In this document: positions 53,632 through 63,999 of the stretch, piece after piece | How the letters are laid out: every line of letters starts with the position of its first letter | How positions within the stretch are numbered: the first letter of the stretch is position 1 | DNA from: Candidatus Latescibacterota bacterium | GTDB lineage: Bacteria; Latescibacterota; UBA2968; UBA8231 | NCBI GenBank assembly: GCA_965204725.1 | Contig: OZ242005.1 | Span: 160,001-224,000 of the forward strand | DNA: 64,000 bases | Reading direction: 5' to 3' | Program-made: the position numbers and the translations under genes | Notes under the pieces: generated by a model | Told to the model about the DNA's origin: nothing | Database searches by the model: none | Seen by the model: only the letters and a program-made list of their open reading frames with translations

Positions 53632-55635
53632 TCACCGCTCCAATCGCGTCAACGCACGCTGGGCCTTGGCGTACTCAGGGGCCAAGCGCAGCGTCAGGCG
53701 GTAGAACTTTGCTGCCTCGTCGAATTGGCCTAAGTCGTGGTAGGCCGCTCCTAGGTTGAAGGCGATCAAGTGATTGTCGGGCGCGGCCTTTAGCGCTATG
53801 GAGAAATAATCAACCGCCCGCTCCAACGCCCCTTGCCGAACCTCGATCAAGCCCAGCGCATTGGCCGCCTGCGCCCGCACCACGTCGCCACGCAGCGCCG
53901 CGACAAAGGCGGCCCGAGCCTGCTCGGTTGCTCCCATGCTCTCATAGACCCGTCCCAGCGACAGAAAAACCGCGGCGTCGGCCTTTGTGGCCAGCGCTCG
54001 GCGGTAGTGGTCCACCGCTTGCTCGTATCGTCCCGTAGCCCGGTACAAAGCCGCCAAGTTGAGGTGCAGTCCCCGGTCGTCGGGCACTTGCGCCAAGGCT
54101 CGCCGATAAACCGCTTCAGCTTCGGAGTAGCGCCGCATCGCGGCCAACGCCGCGCCTAGATTGTGGCGGGCCTGTAGGTAACTGGAATCGAGTTGCACGG
54201 CGGTTCCAAAGGAGCGCACCGCAGCCGCGTACTGCCCCTGTTGGGCCTCGACGCGCCCTAGATCAAAGTGTATTTCCGCGTCGGCCCAAGGGTCGGCCGG
54301 CCGCAGACCAGCGTTGGCTACGACCGCCAGCAAGACGACAACCGCCATCCCGATCCCCAAGCGACGCCACTGCCGGGCCTGCCCCTGTTGCACCAGCCAG
54401 ACCAGAGCGTACCCGGCAAACGGCAACAGCAGCGGCACTAAGGGCAAGCGATAGCGGCTAGTAATAAAAAAGAGCAGCAGCGAGGCGCTGTACGCGCCGA
54501 TGCAGAGCAGCAGCAAACCCGCTTGGGGCCGATACCGCCAAGCGAGCACCATGCCCACAGCGGCCAAAGGTCCCAGCAGCCCAAAAGGAACGGCGAAGTG
54601 GTCGATTTTCCACAGCAAGACGCCTAGCAGCCAAGAATAGGTGCGGGCAAAGTACACGTCTTGGTTGCGTTTGATCTCCTCGCCGCGCACCAACAAGAAC
54701 GCCTTGTATCCCAACAACCGCACAAAATCCCCCGGCGCGCTGGCGATCCAGTCGCCGGCTTGCCGGTAGAAGTACGCCGAGCGGTCTGCGTACCCTACGT
54801 GGCCCGCGGTCACCGGCTGCTCCATAAGGGCCTCCCAAGCCGGCCCGGGGCGGATTGCCACCAAGCGGTCGTAATCGGGATGGTTGCCCAAGTAGAAATT
54901 CACGCCGCCGTTCCAAGACAAGGGGATAAACTCGCCGCTGACCACCCAATTCCTCGCGGTCACCGCCCCGACCACGGCACTGGCGGTCGCCGCAAAAAGC
55001 AGGCACCAAGCCAGCTTGCTCCGCACGGCTCGCTCGGCGCTCTTCCAGTACCACAGGCCGGCGCAAAAAGCCAGCACCGCCGCATTGGGCACGGCGATTA
55101 TGGCCAAGCCTTGGACGAGGCCGGCGGCTAGGGCCTGTCCCCAGCCCCGGCCGGGCTGGAGCAGGATAAAGAGCAACAGGAGATTGAGGAAAACGGCCAG
55201 CGCGGTGGGCAGCAGCTCGCCTTCAAAATAGATGGAGGGGCCGTATAGACAGGCCATGCCCCCAGCCAAGAGCCCGACTCGGGTGCCAAAAACCTGCCGA
55301 CCAAGACCAAAAACCAAGGCACAAGAGGCCGCTCCCAAGAGCAACTGGATAAATCGGGGCGTCCAGAACAAGTCGCCGGAAACAGCGTAGATCGCGGCGA
55401 GAACATAAGGGTATAAAGGCGGTTGCCAAAAGGGCTTAGTGCCGATCCAAGAGTCCTCGGCGAGCTGCCGCGCCTGAGCACAGTACGAGTGCGCGTCCAC
55501 GACCGGGGCCGCGAAGAAGGGATTGTCCGCGCTGTGCTCCAGATAGACCAGCCGCACGGCCAAAGATAGGAGCCCCAGCCCGCCAGCCATCCCCAAGGCG
55601 CGCCGACTCATGGGGGCCGAGGGCGGCTTATTCAT
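53632..55635 (-). CDS. GT-C (ArnT/PMT-like) glycosyltransferase with C-terminal TPR repeats
   Basis: VVDAHSY, PFWQPPLYPY, NGGVNFYLGN, FFITSRYRLP; multiple TPRs. Confidence 0.88.
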   Translation of the reverse strand: MNKPPSAPMSRRALGMAGGLGLLSLAVRLVYLEHSADNPFFAAPVVDAHSYCAQARQLAEDSWIGTKPFWQPPLYPYVLAAIYAVSGDLFWTPRFIQLLLGAASCALVFGLGRQVFGTRVGLLAGGMACLYGPSIYFEGELLPTALAVFLNLLLLFILLQPGRGWGQALAAGLVQGLAIIAVPNAAVLAFCAGLWYWKSAERAVRSKLAWCLLFAATASAVVGAVTARNWVVSGEFIPLSWNGGVNFYLGNHPDYDRLVAIRPGPAWEALMEQPVTAGHVGYADRSAYFYRQAGDWIASAPGDFVRLLGYKAFLLVRGEEIKRNQDVYFARTYSWLLGVLLWKIDHFAVPFGLLGPLAAVGMVLAWRYRPQAGLLLLCIGAYSASLLLFFITSRYRLPLVPLLLPFAGYALVWLVQQGQARQWRRLGIGMAVVVLLAVVANAGLRPADPWADAEIHFDLGRVEAQQGQYAAAVRSFGTAVQLDSSYLQARHNLGAALAAMRRYSEAEAVYRRALAQVPDDRGLHLNLAALYRATGRYEQAVDHYRRALATKADAAVFLSLGRVYESMGATEQARAAFVAALRGDVVRAQAANALGLIEVRQGALERAVDYFSIALKAAPDNHLIAFNLGAAYHDLGQFDEAAKFYRLTLRLAPEYAKAQRALTRLER

Positions 55636-55700
55636 ATTGCAGTCCTAAATGACTTGAAAGCATGGAATGTTCATCGGCACCGTCTTTTTGCATATCAGGC

Positions 55701-55727
55701 GTCATTCCCGCGAAAGCGGGAATCCAG
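55701..55727. repeat. REP palindrome supplying stop codon of CRTAC1-like gene
   Basis: gtcattcccgcgaaagcgggaatccag. Confidence 0.9.
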
Positions 55728-57558
55728 TCTTGAATGATGTAGGATTGCTATATTGCACGCCCCGTCCTTGCTCAATGAGCAAATGCCGGTCGGCAGGTAA
55801 CGCCCGAAAGACCTGCATGGCACCATGGGGCCATTGGACTTCGAGCCGGTCAATGCGCGGGTGGTCGCCCAATCCTACATGCAGCCGCCGATCGCCGGCC
55901 GATAAATAGCTGCTCCCGCTTCTGACGAGACGGCGCTGGTCCAACGAACCGGTCACCACGCGCACCTCGGCCCCCACAGCATCGCGGTTGGCCCCGGTAG
56001 CCACGAGCTTGATCGAGGCCCAGTGACGCCCGTTGCCGTTGTGGTTGCGCACCAGCTTGGCCGGGCCGCCGCAATTGGTCACCAAAAGGTCCAAATCGCC
56101 GTCGCCATCCCAGTCGCCCCGGGCCAGCCCCCGGCTTATTTGCTCTTGCGCGAACCAACTCCCCGCGCTATCGGCCACCTCAACGAACCGGCAGGCGCCA
56201 TCGTTGCGAAACAACTGATGCGCTTGGGCGTAGCGCACCCCAGGTTGCAACACCTCGACGCGGTCCAAAACATGGCCGGTGGCTACGTACAGGTCGGAGT
56301 CGCCATCGTGGTCGTAGTCGAAAAACGCGGTGCCAAAGCCCAAATAGAGCCAGCTCGGCCGGCCCAAGCCCGCCGCCGCGGTCACATCCTTGAAGTAGGT
56401 TCCCTCGTTGCGATAGAGCGTATTGGTTTCGCGGGAGAAATTGGTGACGAACAGATCCCAGTCACCATCGCGGTCGCAATCGCTAATATCGACTCCCATG
56501 CCGGCCTCGGGTTGGCCGCGCACATTGTAGGCCACCCCGGCTTGCAGGGCTATATCGCGGAACGTGCCATCGCCAGCGTTTTGGTAGAGAAAGTTGGCTA
56601 CCCCGTCGTTGGCTACGTACAGATCTTGGTAGCCGTCCTCGTTCCAGTCCCAAGCCACCACGCCCAGCCCCTTGCCCTTGGGATTGGCAATGCCAGCGGC
56701 CATGGACACCTCGACAAAAGTACCGTCCCCCGCGTTGTGGTAGAGCACATCGGGCACCCCCCCATACTCGCTGGGCGCGCAGTACGAGCGCGAATTTTCG
56801 CCAATGGCGCGCAAGCCCGCGTCGTCCGTGTGGATGAAGCCGCCGCAGACTTTGTTGGTCGCTAGGGTAAAATCGAGATAGTTGACCACGTACAGATCGA
56901 GCGAGCCGTCGTTGTCGCGGTCGAAAAAGGCGGCGCTGGTGCTCCATTGGGGAGCCTCGACGCCCCGGCCGCGGACGAAGGTAGCGTCCCCGCGGTTGCG
57001 ATAGAAGGCGTTGGGGCCGTAGTTGGTCGCGTACAGGTCTTGGTCGCCATCGTTGTCAGCATCGGCCACGGCGACGCCCATGCCATAGCCTGAGTCCGCG
57101 GCCCCACCAGCCTGGGGCACTTCGACAAAAGTACCCGTCCCTTCGTTGCGGTAGAGCGCGTTGCCCCTCGGTTCCACTCCAGCCGGGGGGGCCAGCTCAA
57201 CCGCATAATCGGCTGGGTCGGCCGAGCGTTCCTCCGGGCTGGGGGCCGATGGAGCCACCCAATAGAGGCCGCTTTCTCGGCGCACCAAGTTGATCGGCCG
57301 GGCGTCCAAGCCCCTTAGATCAAAGCCGTCAACCAGATAGACATCCAAGTCGCCGTCCTCGTCAAAGTCGGCCAAGGCCCCGCCGGCCCCCATGGTCTCG
57401 ATGAGAAAGTACTGCCCGGCCGCGCCGTTTTCGTGGACAAAGGAAAGGCCCGCTTGGTCGGTCGCATCGGTGAAATACACGGCCGGCGGCTCGCTTTGGC
57501 AGCCCAAGGCCCAGCCAAGCACCCCAATAGCCGTCCATCGTTGGACTGGGCGGCCCAC
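55702..57558 (-). CDS. CRTAC1 family protein (FG-GAP repeats + ASPIC/UnbV)
   Basis: DFDEDGDLDVYL, GYGMGVAVAD.DNDGD.DLY, NRDAVGAEV, GSSYLS..LHVGLG..LEVQWP. Confidence 0.93.
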   Translation of the reverse strand: MGRPVQRWTAIGVLGWALGCQSEPPAVYFTDATDQAGLSFVHENGAAGQYFLIETMGAGGALADFDEDGDLDVYLVDGFDLRGLDARPINLVRRESGLYWVAPSAPSPEERSADPADYAVELAPPAGVEPRGNALYRNEGTGTFVEVPQAGGAADSGYGMGVAVADADNDGDQDLYATNYGPNAFYRNRGDATFVRGRGVEAPQWSTSAAFFDRDNDGSLDLYVVNYLDFTLATNKVCGGFIHTDDAGLRAIGENSRSYCAPSEYGGVPDVLYHNAGDGTFVEVSMAAGIANPKGKGLGVVAWDWNEDGYQDLYVANDGVANFLYQNAGDGTFRDIALQAGVAYNVRGQPEAGMGVDISDCDRDGDWDLFVTNFSRETNTLYRNEGTYFKDVTAAAGLGRPSWLYLGFGTAFFDYDHDGDSDLYVATGHVLDRVEVLQPGVRYAQAHQLFRNDGACRFVEVADSAGSWFAQEQISRGLARGDWDGDGDLDLLVTNCGGPAKLVRNHNGNGRHWASIKLVATGANRDAVGAEVRVVTGSLDQRRLVRSGSSYLSAGDRRLHVGLGDHPRIDRLEVQWPHGAMQVFRALPADRHLLIEQGRGVQYSNPTSFKTGFPLSRE

Positions 57559-57570
57559 TGCGCCTCCGCC

Positions 57571-60084
57571 TCAATACACCACGTGAACGAGGCGCGTTAT
57601 CTGGGTTCGCACGTTGCGGCGCGCATCCGCCTGAACCGCCACTCGCACGATATACGTCCCCGGCCGCACCCGCTCGCCCGCGTCATTGACCCCGGCCCAA
57701 GCGACTGAGTATTGGCCGCTCGCCCGGGCGCGCCCCTGCTCCAGCGTCCAAACGCGCCGACCGGCCAGATCGTACACCGAGACGATTGCGGCCTCGGCTC
57801 CGTCCAAGCGCAGCACTTCAAAGCCAATCCGCGCGGCGTCGTTGATCCCATCGCCATTGGGCGTCACGGCCTTGGGAACTAGCGTCAGGTGCGCCAATCC
57901 CGCCGGTCCCGAGGGCACCAGCACCCGGAGGACGCCGCTTTCCACTTCGGCCACAGCCTCTTGATCGGCTTCAACCAATTGCCAAGTGCCCGAATCGGCG
58001 CGGTTGCCCACCCGCCCGGCAAAGGAAACGCCGTGGCCAAACAGGGAGGTCCATACATCAAGGGCTACGATCTCGTCGCGGCCCACCGCAGCGGGCAGCC
58101 GCACCCACAGGGAGTCGGCCGCCGTCTCGCGCACCTCCACTTCCTCTAAACCGAGCGCTTGGCCCCCGCCGGCCGCTACGGCTGCGGCCGCGCCGAGGCG
58201 AACCGCCCGCAGCGACAGCGGCGTCTCCCCGGAACTGACCAACAACACCTCGTCAATGCCCGGATCGCCCGGCCGCCGCACCGGTCGCACGAAAAAGGTC
58301 AGGGGCATATCCTCGCCCGGGCGTTCCACCCGCACCGGAAAGACCTCGCCCAAGGCCCGGCCCACCCAGGGTTGGGAAAACGACACCGCCAACCGCCGCA
58401 ATAAGACGGCATGTTGCGGGTCGTCGCTGCTCAGCCGCACTTGGGTCTTGAGGAAGCGGCGCGGCGATGGCGAAGTGATGACTTGGCCCGACCGCAGGTG
58501 CGGCTTGCTCCAAGGGCTCCAAGTCTCCTCGTCAACGACCAACACATTGAGCGAATCCCCCCGGAGCGCGGCAATCAGCTTGTGGTACGCTTTTTTATCG
58601 ACTTCGGCCCCGTCGCTCCGGTAGTAGGTAGTGTTGACTTTGGTCTGATCGCCGGTGCGGGTGGCGACCTCAATGCGCGTGCCGGGCGGGATGTCGGCGT
58701 CCCAGTGGAGCGCGGTCAAATTCCGGCTGCTGCTCAAGTCGATCAACGGCGATTCCAACACCACCTCCGGCTGATAGCCCTCGCCGTAGGCCTGTAGTTC
58801 GGACCAGCCGGCTCGGCTCCCCCCTCGGCCCACCAGATAGTCGAAGGCGATGTAGCGGACCTTTTGCAGCGCAAAGCGCACCGCTTGGAACCGAGGCTGG
58901 CGAAAGGCCCGCCGCTCTTCGACTTGCACCCACTGCAAGCTCCCGTCCGGCGCGAGCGAACCGTCCGACAGCTTCATCCGATAGTTGCCCAACGTACCGC
59001 CGGCACTGCGGGCGGCGGGCGGCAAAAAGTGGAATAGGTCCAGCCAGTACAAAGCCCCTAGGTCAAAGAGGACTTGCCGTTCGGGCTGGGCCGCCTCGCG
59101 GGTGTAACTCTGTTGCAGCCCGTACCAAGTGGTGTAGTCCCCATCGAGGCTGCGGGTGGGATTAAAGCCGTGCCCTTCCACCGTGCCACCCCGCTGAATC
59201 GCCCCCAGCGCTATGTTCTCGCCCAAGGTCCAGACCTCGACCTCGGCGAGGCGCGGTTGTTCGCGGCGGTAATAGCGGATTGAGCCTTGCTCAGCCGGGT
59301 CGAGCAGCGCATAGGCTTCCTCGTCGAGTAGCCACTCGGTCCCGGTGCGGCTGCGGCCAAAGTACTCCACGGCACCCTGTAGCTCCGCGGGCAAACTCTG
59401 GTAGGTCGAGCGGTCCACTTCCCCGGCCTTGCCCAAGCGGCTGTCCGTCATCACCACCTGCACAAAGCGAAAGGCATCGCCGATAAAATGGGGATCGGCC
59501 TGTTGGAAGGGCTGGAGGTCAAAAGAAAATTCGCGTTGATCCACATTGGGCCGCTCGGTCTTGCCGACCAAGTGATAATCGAGATTGTCGCCTACTTTGC
59601 CCTCGCCGTCGGCCACCATCAGGCGAAATTGGTAAAAGGGATCGCCCTCGCCAGCATTGGCAAAGCGCAACACAATGCGCTGGGCCGAAACGATCCGCCC
59701 CAAGTCAATCGCCACCCACCACAGATCCGGTGGATCGTCTAGATCAGGCTCCCAATAGGTATCGACCTGACCGTCGAGGAGGTGCGCGGCCCCGGCCAAG
59801 CCCGATCCAGCCGCTAGGATCCCCCCCTCCTTTTCGTCCTCGTCGGCCCCCAAGGGAAAGCGGTGGGCATTGAGGCTGGCGTTGAGTTCCGCCGCCACAA
59901 AGTGCGGCCGAGCGCCCTCGGAGTCGATATCGACCGTGCCAAAGGGGAACAGCCATTGCCGCCACTGGTCCGCGCCGTGCGTGATAATGCGGTCGCCTTG
60001 AATAGCGTACCCCTCCTCGGCCGCTGCGGCCCGGCAACCGAGCGCGACGACCAAAATCCAGATCGCCCAATGCCTGCTCGCCAT
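57571..60084 (-). CDS. Large secreted protein with discoidin-like segments and C-terminal FlgD Ig-like domain
   Basis: SD ggagga + ATG 60084; LLDGQVDTYWEP..IDLGR; TPNGDGIND..VYDLAGRRV..WAGVND.G..PGTYIVRV. Confidence 0.82.
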   Translation of the reverse strand: MASRHWAIWILVVALGCRAAAAEEGYAIQGDRIITHGADQWRQWLFPFGTVDIDSEGARPHFVAAELNASLNAHRFPLGADEDEKEGGILAAGSGLAGAAHLLDGQVDTYWEPDLDDPPDLWWVAIDLGRIVSAQRIVLRFANAGEGDPFYQFRLMVADGEGKVGDNLDYHLVGKTERPNVDQREFSFDLQPFQQADPHFIGDAFRFVQVVMTDSRLGKAGEVDRSTYQSLPAELQGAVEYFGRSRTGTEWLLDEEAYALLDPAEQGSIRYYRREQPRLAEVEVWTLGENIALGAIQRGGTVEGHGFNPTRSLDGDYTTWYGLQQSYTREAAQPERQVLFDLGALYWLDLFHFLPPAARSAGGTLGNYRMKLSDGSLAPDGSLQWVQVEERRAFRQPRFQAVRFALQKVRYIAFDYLVGRGGSRAGWSELQAYGEGYQPEVVLESPLIDLSSSRNLTALHWDADIPPGTRIEVATRTGDQTKVNTTYYRSDGAEVDKKAYHKLIAALRGDSLNVLVVDEETWSPWSKPHLRSGQVITSPSPRRFLKTQVRLSSDDPQHAVLLRRLAVSFSQPWVGRALGEVFPVRVERPGEDMPLTFFVRPVRRPGDPGIDEVLLVSSGETPLSLRAVRLGAAAAVAAGGGQALGLEEVEVRETAADSLWVRLPAAVGRDEIVALDVWTSLFGHGVSFAGRVGNRADSGTWQLVEADQEAVAEVESGVLRVLVPSGPAGLAHLTLVPKAVTPNGDGINDAARIGFEVLRLDGAEAAIVSVYDLAGRRVWTLEQGRARASGQYSVAWAGVNDAGERVRPGTYIVRVAVQADARRNVRTQITRLVHVVY

Positions 60085-60124
60085 AGAAATCCTCCTAAGT
60101 ACGCGACACTTACTTTGAACTCGC

Positions 60125-60161
60125 TGCGTCCGGGATCGAGGGCAAGATGCCCTCGATCCTT
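60125..60161. repeat. REP gatcgagggcaagatgccctcgatc
   Basis: Inverse of 1362-1418. Confidence 0.8.
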
Positions 60162-60175
60162 GGGAAGCTGTTTTC

Positions 60176-62905
60176 CTACTCCAGACCCGCGTAGAACGAG
60201 ACAAAGACGAGGCTGCCGGTCTGAGTCTCAGCAGTGCGACTAACGCGCTCAAACTGGTCCCGATCAAAGCGCAGGCCGCACTGCATGATGGAGCGGTAGC
60301 CCAAGTACGTGCCGTAATGGGTCAGCTCAATCGCCACAACCGTCTGCTGGCCATCGCCCGTGCGCTCGCCCGCGGCCCTCTGCTGGGGGGCTGCGGCTAG
60401 GTCGGTGGTGAAAACCTGTTCGACGCCCGTCTCAATCCACGACTCCCTGAAAACGGGGAACCGCACGCTGAACGACAGGAGCTGTTTCCACCACTGCCGC
60501 TCGCTCTCTCGCTGGAGATAGGGGACATCCCAGAACAACTCGTTTTTGAGGCGCGGCCGGAGGTGGACTCGGCCCATGTTGCGGCCGTACTCGGCCTTGT
60601 TGACCACGCCCCAAAAGTGCCCCCGGCGCCGGGCGCCGCGCTCGGTGAGCACTGGCTGCGCGTCGCGCTGGTGAAAAACCTCGTACTTGAACTTGTTGAT
60701 GACCTCCAGCGACTGTAGGCCCGTGTAATCAAACCCCAGCCACGCGGTGTTGATCCAAGTGTTTTGGGCCGCTAGCGGGTCCGCTACCAAAGCCTGCTGA
60801 TCGCCCAGCGCCAGCGGGGCCGCCAAGCGGTCGTCCGCTATATTGTCGCGCACCTTCTTTAGCTGCTCAAAGAAGCGCAGGCGACCTATGCCGGGCCAGT
60901 CTTGCTCTAGGACGAAAAGGCCGTACGCGGCCTCGCTGCGCCGCTTGCTCGACAACTGCCACTGCTGCGTCTGCCCCGCGAGCAGGCGCACCTTGGGCAC
61001 GATGTCCACGCCGCCGTACACATTGTATCCCCGCAGATCCCGGTCGTAGGGATAGTCCGGGTCTGCGTCGTCCTCAAAGCGGTCAACCCAGCCGTTGTTG
61101 TTCATGTCGAGGCCAAAGAGGAACTCGGGGCGATCGACGTTGAAGCGCAAAAAGGGCTCCTCGTAATCGGCCAGTGCATTGCGGCGCGTCGGCGTATCAT
61201 TCTGATTAAAATCGGAGATGAAATCGCCATTCTCGTCCCACCCGGGGAACACGGCTGGATCGGCCGCTCCCTCGCCCGTGGAAAGGGTTTGCCCCAACCG
61301 CGAGGATTGCCACCGCCGCTTTTGATCCGGGAAGCGATCCAAATCGTCGTTGTCATCGACATAGTCGTATAAAAAGGACGCTTGATCGACGTAATCGACG
61401 CGCCCGTTGGTCTCGGTCATAAAGACGCTGGTGGTGTAATCCGGGTCCATACTAAAGACTTCGCCGTGCAAAAAATAGGGCACTCGCCTATGCGCGAACT
61501 CCACCATCCACGCCGCGGCCCGGCGAGCAGAGGTTCGGTGGGTCGTCAGCAGAGGGCTGGGGTACTGGGCAAAGCGGTGGTTCACGTTTAATTCGGCGTA
61601 CACGTCAAACCCCCACAGTTGGCGCACCTCTAAGGTGAGGCCGGCGAGCTGATTGGCCGTGGGTAAGCCGTAGTCAAACCGGACGGTGCGCCGATTGGAC
61701 GTATCGCCGACATTGCCCGGGGCGCGCTCGACCAAGAGAAAGACCGGCTGCGCCTCTATATTGGTCTGGCGGTTTGAAGCGACCTCGACCCGATAATCAT
61801 TGGCCAAGGCCAATTCAAAGCGCACCTCCGCGAGGGAATCGACCGTCGTTGGCTGCCAGGTAGGCTCGCCATCGACCACCACGACCCGCGCCGCGGCCAA
61901 GGCTTCGAGATTGTAGCGCAGCACCATGCGGTCGCCGCCATCGGCCACGGCAAAACCGTCGCGCAATTCGCCGCCCGTGCGCGCCGGCGCGTACCCGACC
62001 TGAGCGCCGTTCCACTGATGGCCGAGAACGTCCTTGAGGATGATATTCTCGGCAAAGAGAACGGCCCCATTCTCGCCGTCTTCGGGCGAATCGTCGCCGA
62101 GGCGCACCTCGACAAACGTGACCGCGTTGCTGGCTTGGTCGGTGGTGAGAAACCCCTTGAACATATTGCCGGCAAAGCGCTCCAAGGTGGCGCGGCTGTT
62201 GTGGCTGTTGACGTACGTCCCGCCGACCGTGAGGTGATCTCCTAGCTGGGCGGTGAGACGCCCGGCGGTCAATTCGGTCGCATTGGTCAGCCCCACGTCA
62301 AACGACGAGGTCGTGACCAGCGGCGCGCTGATCCGCGACAACAGCACCGTGCCCGCGTAGCGGTTTTGCAGATAGTGAAACTGGACGCCGTTGAAGGCGG
62401 CCTTGCGGAACGTCATCGGCGTGAGGGTAGTGGCTATTTCATCGCCTATGGTCAGGGAGAAGTGGTGCTGCCCCTTGGAGTCGGAGGCGATGATCAGGTT
62501 CTGGAAATTGCCGCCGTAGGGCAGGCCCTTGAGCAGGCTGTTGCCCTCCGAAGCTCTGGGCTGTTCCTTTCTCGCCTCATACACCAACCACCCGTGCATC
62601 ACGCGGCGGCCAAACAAGTCGTAGAAGTAATCTCCTTCGAGCGTGGCCGATAAATAGCTGCGATAGAAATTCCGCGCATAATTGGTGTATTCCCACTGCT
62701 TTAGGCGGTATTCGCGGTACAGCTCTTGGGGCATGTACCACTTCTGCACCCGCGGATCAATGGCGTTGATGAGCGTGCTGCGGCTGCGGGTGACGTATTG
62801 CAGCCCGACGCCGTGCCCCTGCCCCAAGCGATTGCCGTATTCCTCGGCGTAGAGGCCGCCGCCGAGTGACGACAGGGCGAGTATGGCAATGACCGCCCGG
62901 GGCAC
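60176..62905 (-). CDS. Large secreted/outer-membrane hypothetical protein with Asp-rich Ca-binding-like loops
   Basis: Signal peptide; DDNDDLDRFPD, DENGDFISDFNQND, DMNNNGWVDRFEDD; amphipathic strands; ends SFYAGLE. Confidence 0.8.
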   Translation of the reverse strand: MPRAVIAILALSSLGGGLYAEEYGNRLGQGHGVGLQYVTRSRSTLINAIDPRVQKWYMPQELYREYRLKQWEYTNYARNFYRSYLSATLEGDYFYDLFGRRVMHGWLVYEARKEQPRASEGNSLLKGLPYGGNFQNLIIASDSKGQHHFSLTIGDEIATTLTPMTFRKAAFNGVQFHYLQNRYAGTVLLSRISAPLVTTSSFDVGLTNATELTAGRLTAQLGDHLTVGGTYVNSHNSRATLERFAGNMFKGFLTTDQASNAVTFVEVRLGDDSPEDGENGAVLFAENIILKDVLGHQWNGAQVGYAPARTGGELRDGFAVADGGDRMVLRYNLEALAAARVVVVDGEPTWQPTTVDSLAEVRFELALANDYRVEVASNRQTNIEAQPVFLLVERAPGNVGDTSNRRTVRFDYGLPTANQLAGLTLEVRQLWGFDVYAELNVNHRFAQYPSPLLTTHRTSARRAAAWMVEFAHRRVPYFLHGEVFSMDPDYTTSVFMTETNGRVDYVDQASFLYDYVDDNDDLDRFPDQKRRWQSSRLGQTLSTGEGAADPAVFPGWDENGDFISDFNQNDTPTRRNALADYEEPFLRFNVDRPEFLFGLDMNNNGWVDRFEDDADPDYPYDRDLRGYNVYGGVDIVPKVRLLAGQTQQWQLSSKRRSEAAYGLFVLEQDWPGIGRLRFFEQLKKVRDNIADDRLAAPLALGDQQALVADPLAAQNTWINTAWLGFDYTGLQSLEVINKFKYEVFHQRDAQPVLTERGARRRGHFWGVVNKAEYGRNMGRVHLRPRLKNELFWDVPYLQRESERQWWKQLLSFSVRFPVFRESWIETGVEQVFTTDLAAAPQQRAAGERTGDGQQTVVAIELTHYGTYLGYRSIMQCGLRFDRDQFERVSRTAETQTGSLVFVSFYAGLE

Positions 62906-62907
62906 GG

Positions 62908-63999
62908 CTAGAGACCCAGCCCGGCGTACACCGTGATGAAGGTCGTGAAGCCGGTCGAGGTCCTGTTCCCCAAGCCGAAATCATTGGCTTTCTCTTCGAC
63001 GATCTCCGCCGCTCGGCACTCGTATTGGAAACCGAGCTGGGTGATCAGTTTATAGCCCAAATAATCGCTGATGTTGGTCGCCTGAATCGCCAGAATCGTC
63101 TCGCGCTGATCCCCGGTATCCACCCCCTCGGCCCCGGTCGCCACGAGGGCCGCTTCGTCGCGGCGCAACTCCCAGCGATAATTTTGCTCCAAGCCCGCTT
63201 CGATCTGGGTGCGCGGCATCAGCGGCAGGCGGGTAATAAAAAACAGGCTCGGAGTCCACTGCTTGCGCTCGTCTTCGGCCCGCAGAAAGGGCGAGTCAAT
63301 CAGGTACTCGCTTTTGACCCGAGGCATCAGCTCCACCCCGGCTAGGGCGAGGGAATACTCGGCCTTATTGATCAGCCCGAAAAAGCGCGAATCTCGCCGC
63401 GCCCCCCGCTCGGCCAAGACCTCATCGTCGAGCAGTTGGTGGAAAAGTTCCCACTTGAGCTTGTTTTCCACCACGAGGTTGGCCGTGCCCGTGTACTTAA
63501 AGCCCAGCCACACCGTGTTGATCCACGTGTCTTGGGCCGGCAGCACATCTTGGACGGGCAACTGCGGCCCGCGAAAAAAGGGCAGGGGCGCGATGCGGTC
63601 GTCGGCAATGGTGTCGCGCGCCCGTTTTAGGTGTTCAAAGACCCGGACGCGCCCCAAGCCGGCGATGTCCTTGTCCAAGGTGAAGAGGGCATAACTAGTC
63701 TCGCTGCGCTGTGCCGCCGAGATCAACCACTGCCGGGTCCGCCCCGCCGTCAGCCGAATCTCCGGCGTCAGGTGAACGCCGCCGTAGGCGTTGTACCCCC
63801 GATGGTCGCGCTTGTAGGGGAAGTCGGGCTCGGTGTCGTTTTCAAAGCGGTCGATCCAGCCGTTGTTGTTGAGATCAATGCCAAAGAGAAACTCGGGGCG
63901 GTCGCTGTGATAGCGCAGGAAGGGTTCTTCGTAATCGGGCAACTGGTTCTCGCGCGTGCGGTTGTCGTTTTGGTTGAAGTCGTTGATGAAATCGTTGTT
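62908..63999 (-). CDS. Paralog of 60176-62905, 5' truncated by window
   Basis: Frame open to window end (NNDFINDFNQND..PDYEEPFLRY..DRPEFLFGIDLNNNGWIDRFEND); ends TVYAGLGL. Confidence 0.85.
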   Translation of the reverse strand, partial: NNDFINDFNQNDNRTRENQLPDYEEPFLRYHSDRPEFLFGIDLNNNGWIDRFENDTEPDFPYKRDHRGYNAYGGVHLTPEIRLTAGRTRQWLISAAQRSETSYALFTLDKDIAGLGRVRVFEHLKRARDTIADDRIAPLPFFRGPQLPVQDVLPAQDTWINTVWLGFKYTGTANLVVENKLKWELFHQLLDDEVLAERGARRDSRFFGLINKAEYSLALAGVELMPRVKSEYLIDSPFLRAEDERKQWTPSLFFITRLPLMPRTQIEAGLEQNYRWELRRDEAALVATGAEGVDTGDQRETILAIQATNISDYLGYKLITQLGFQYECRAAEIVEEKANDFGLGNRTSTGFTTFITVYAGLGL

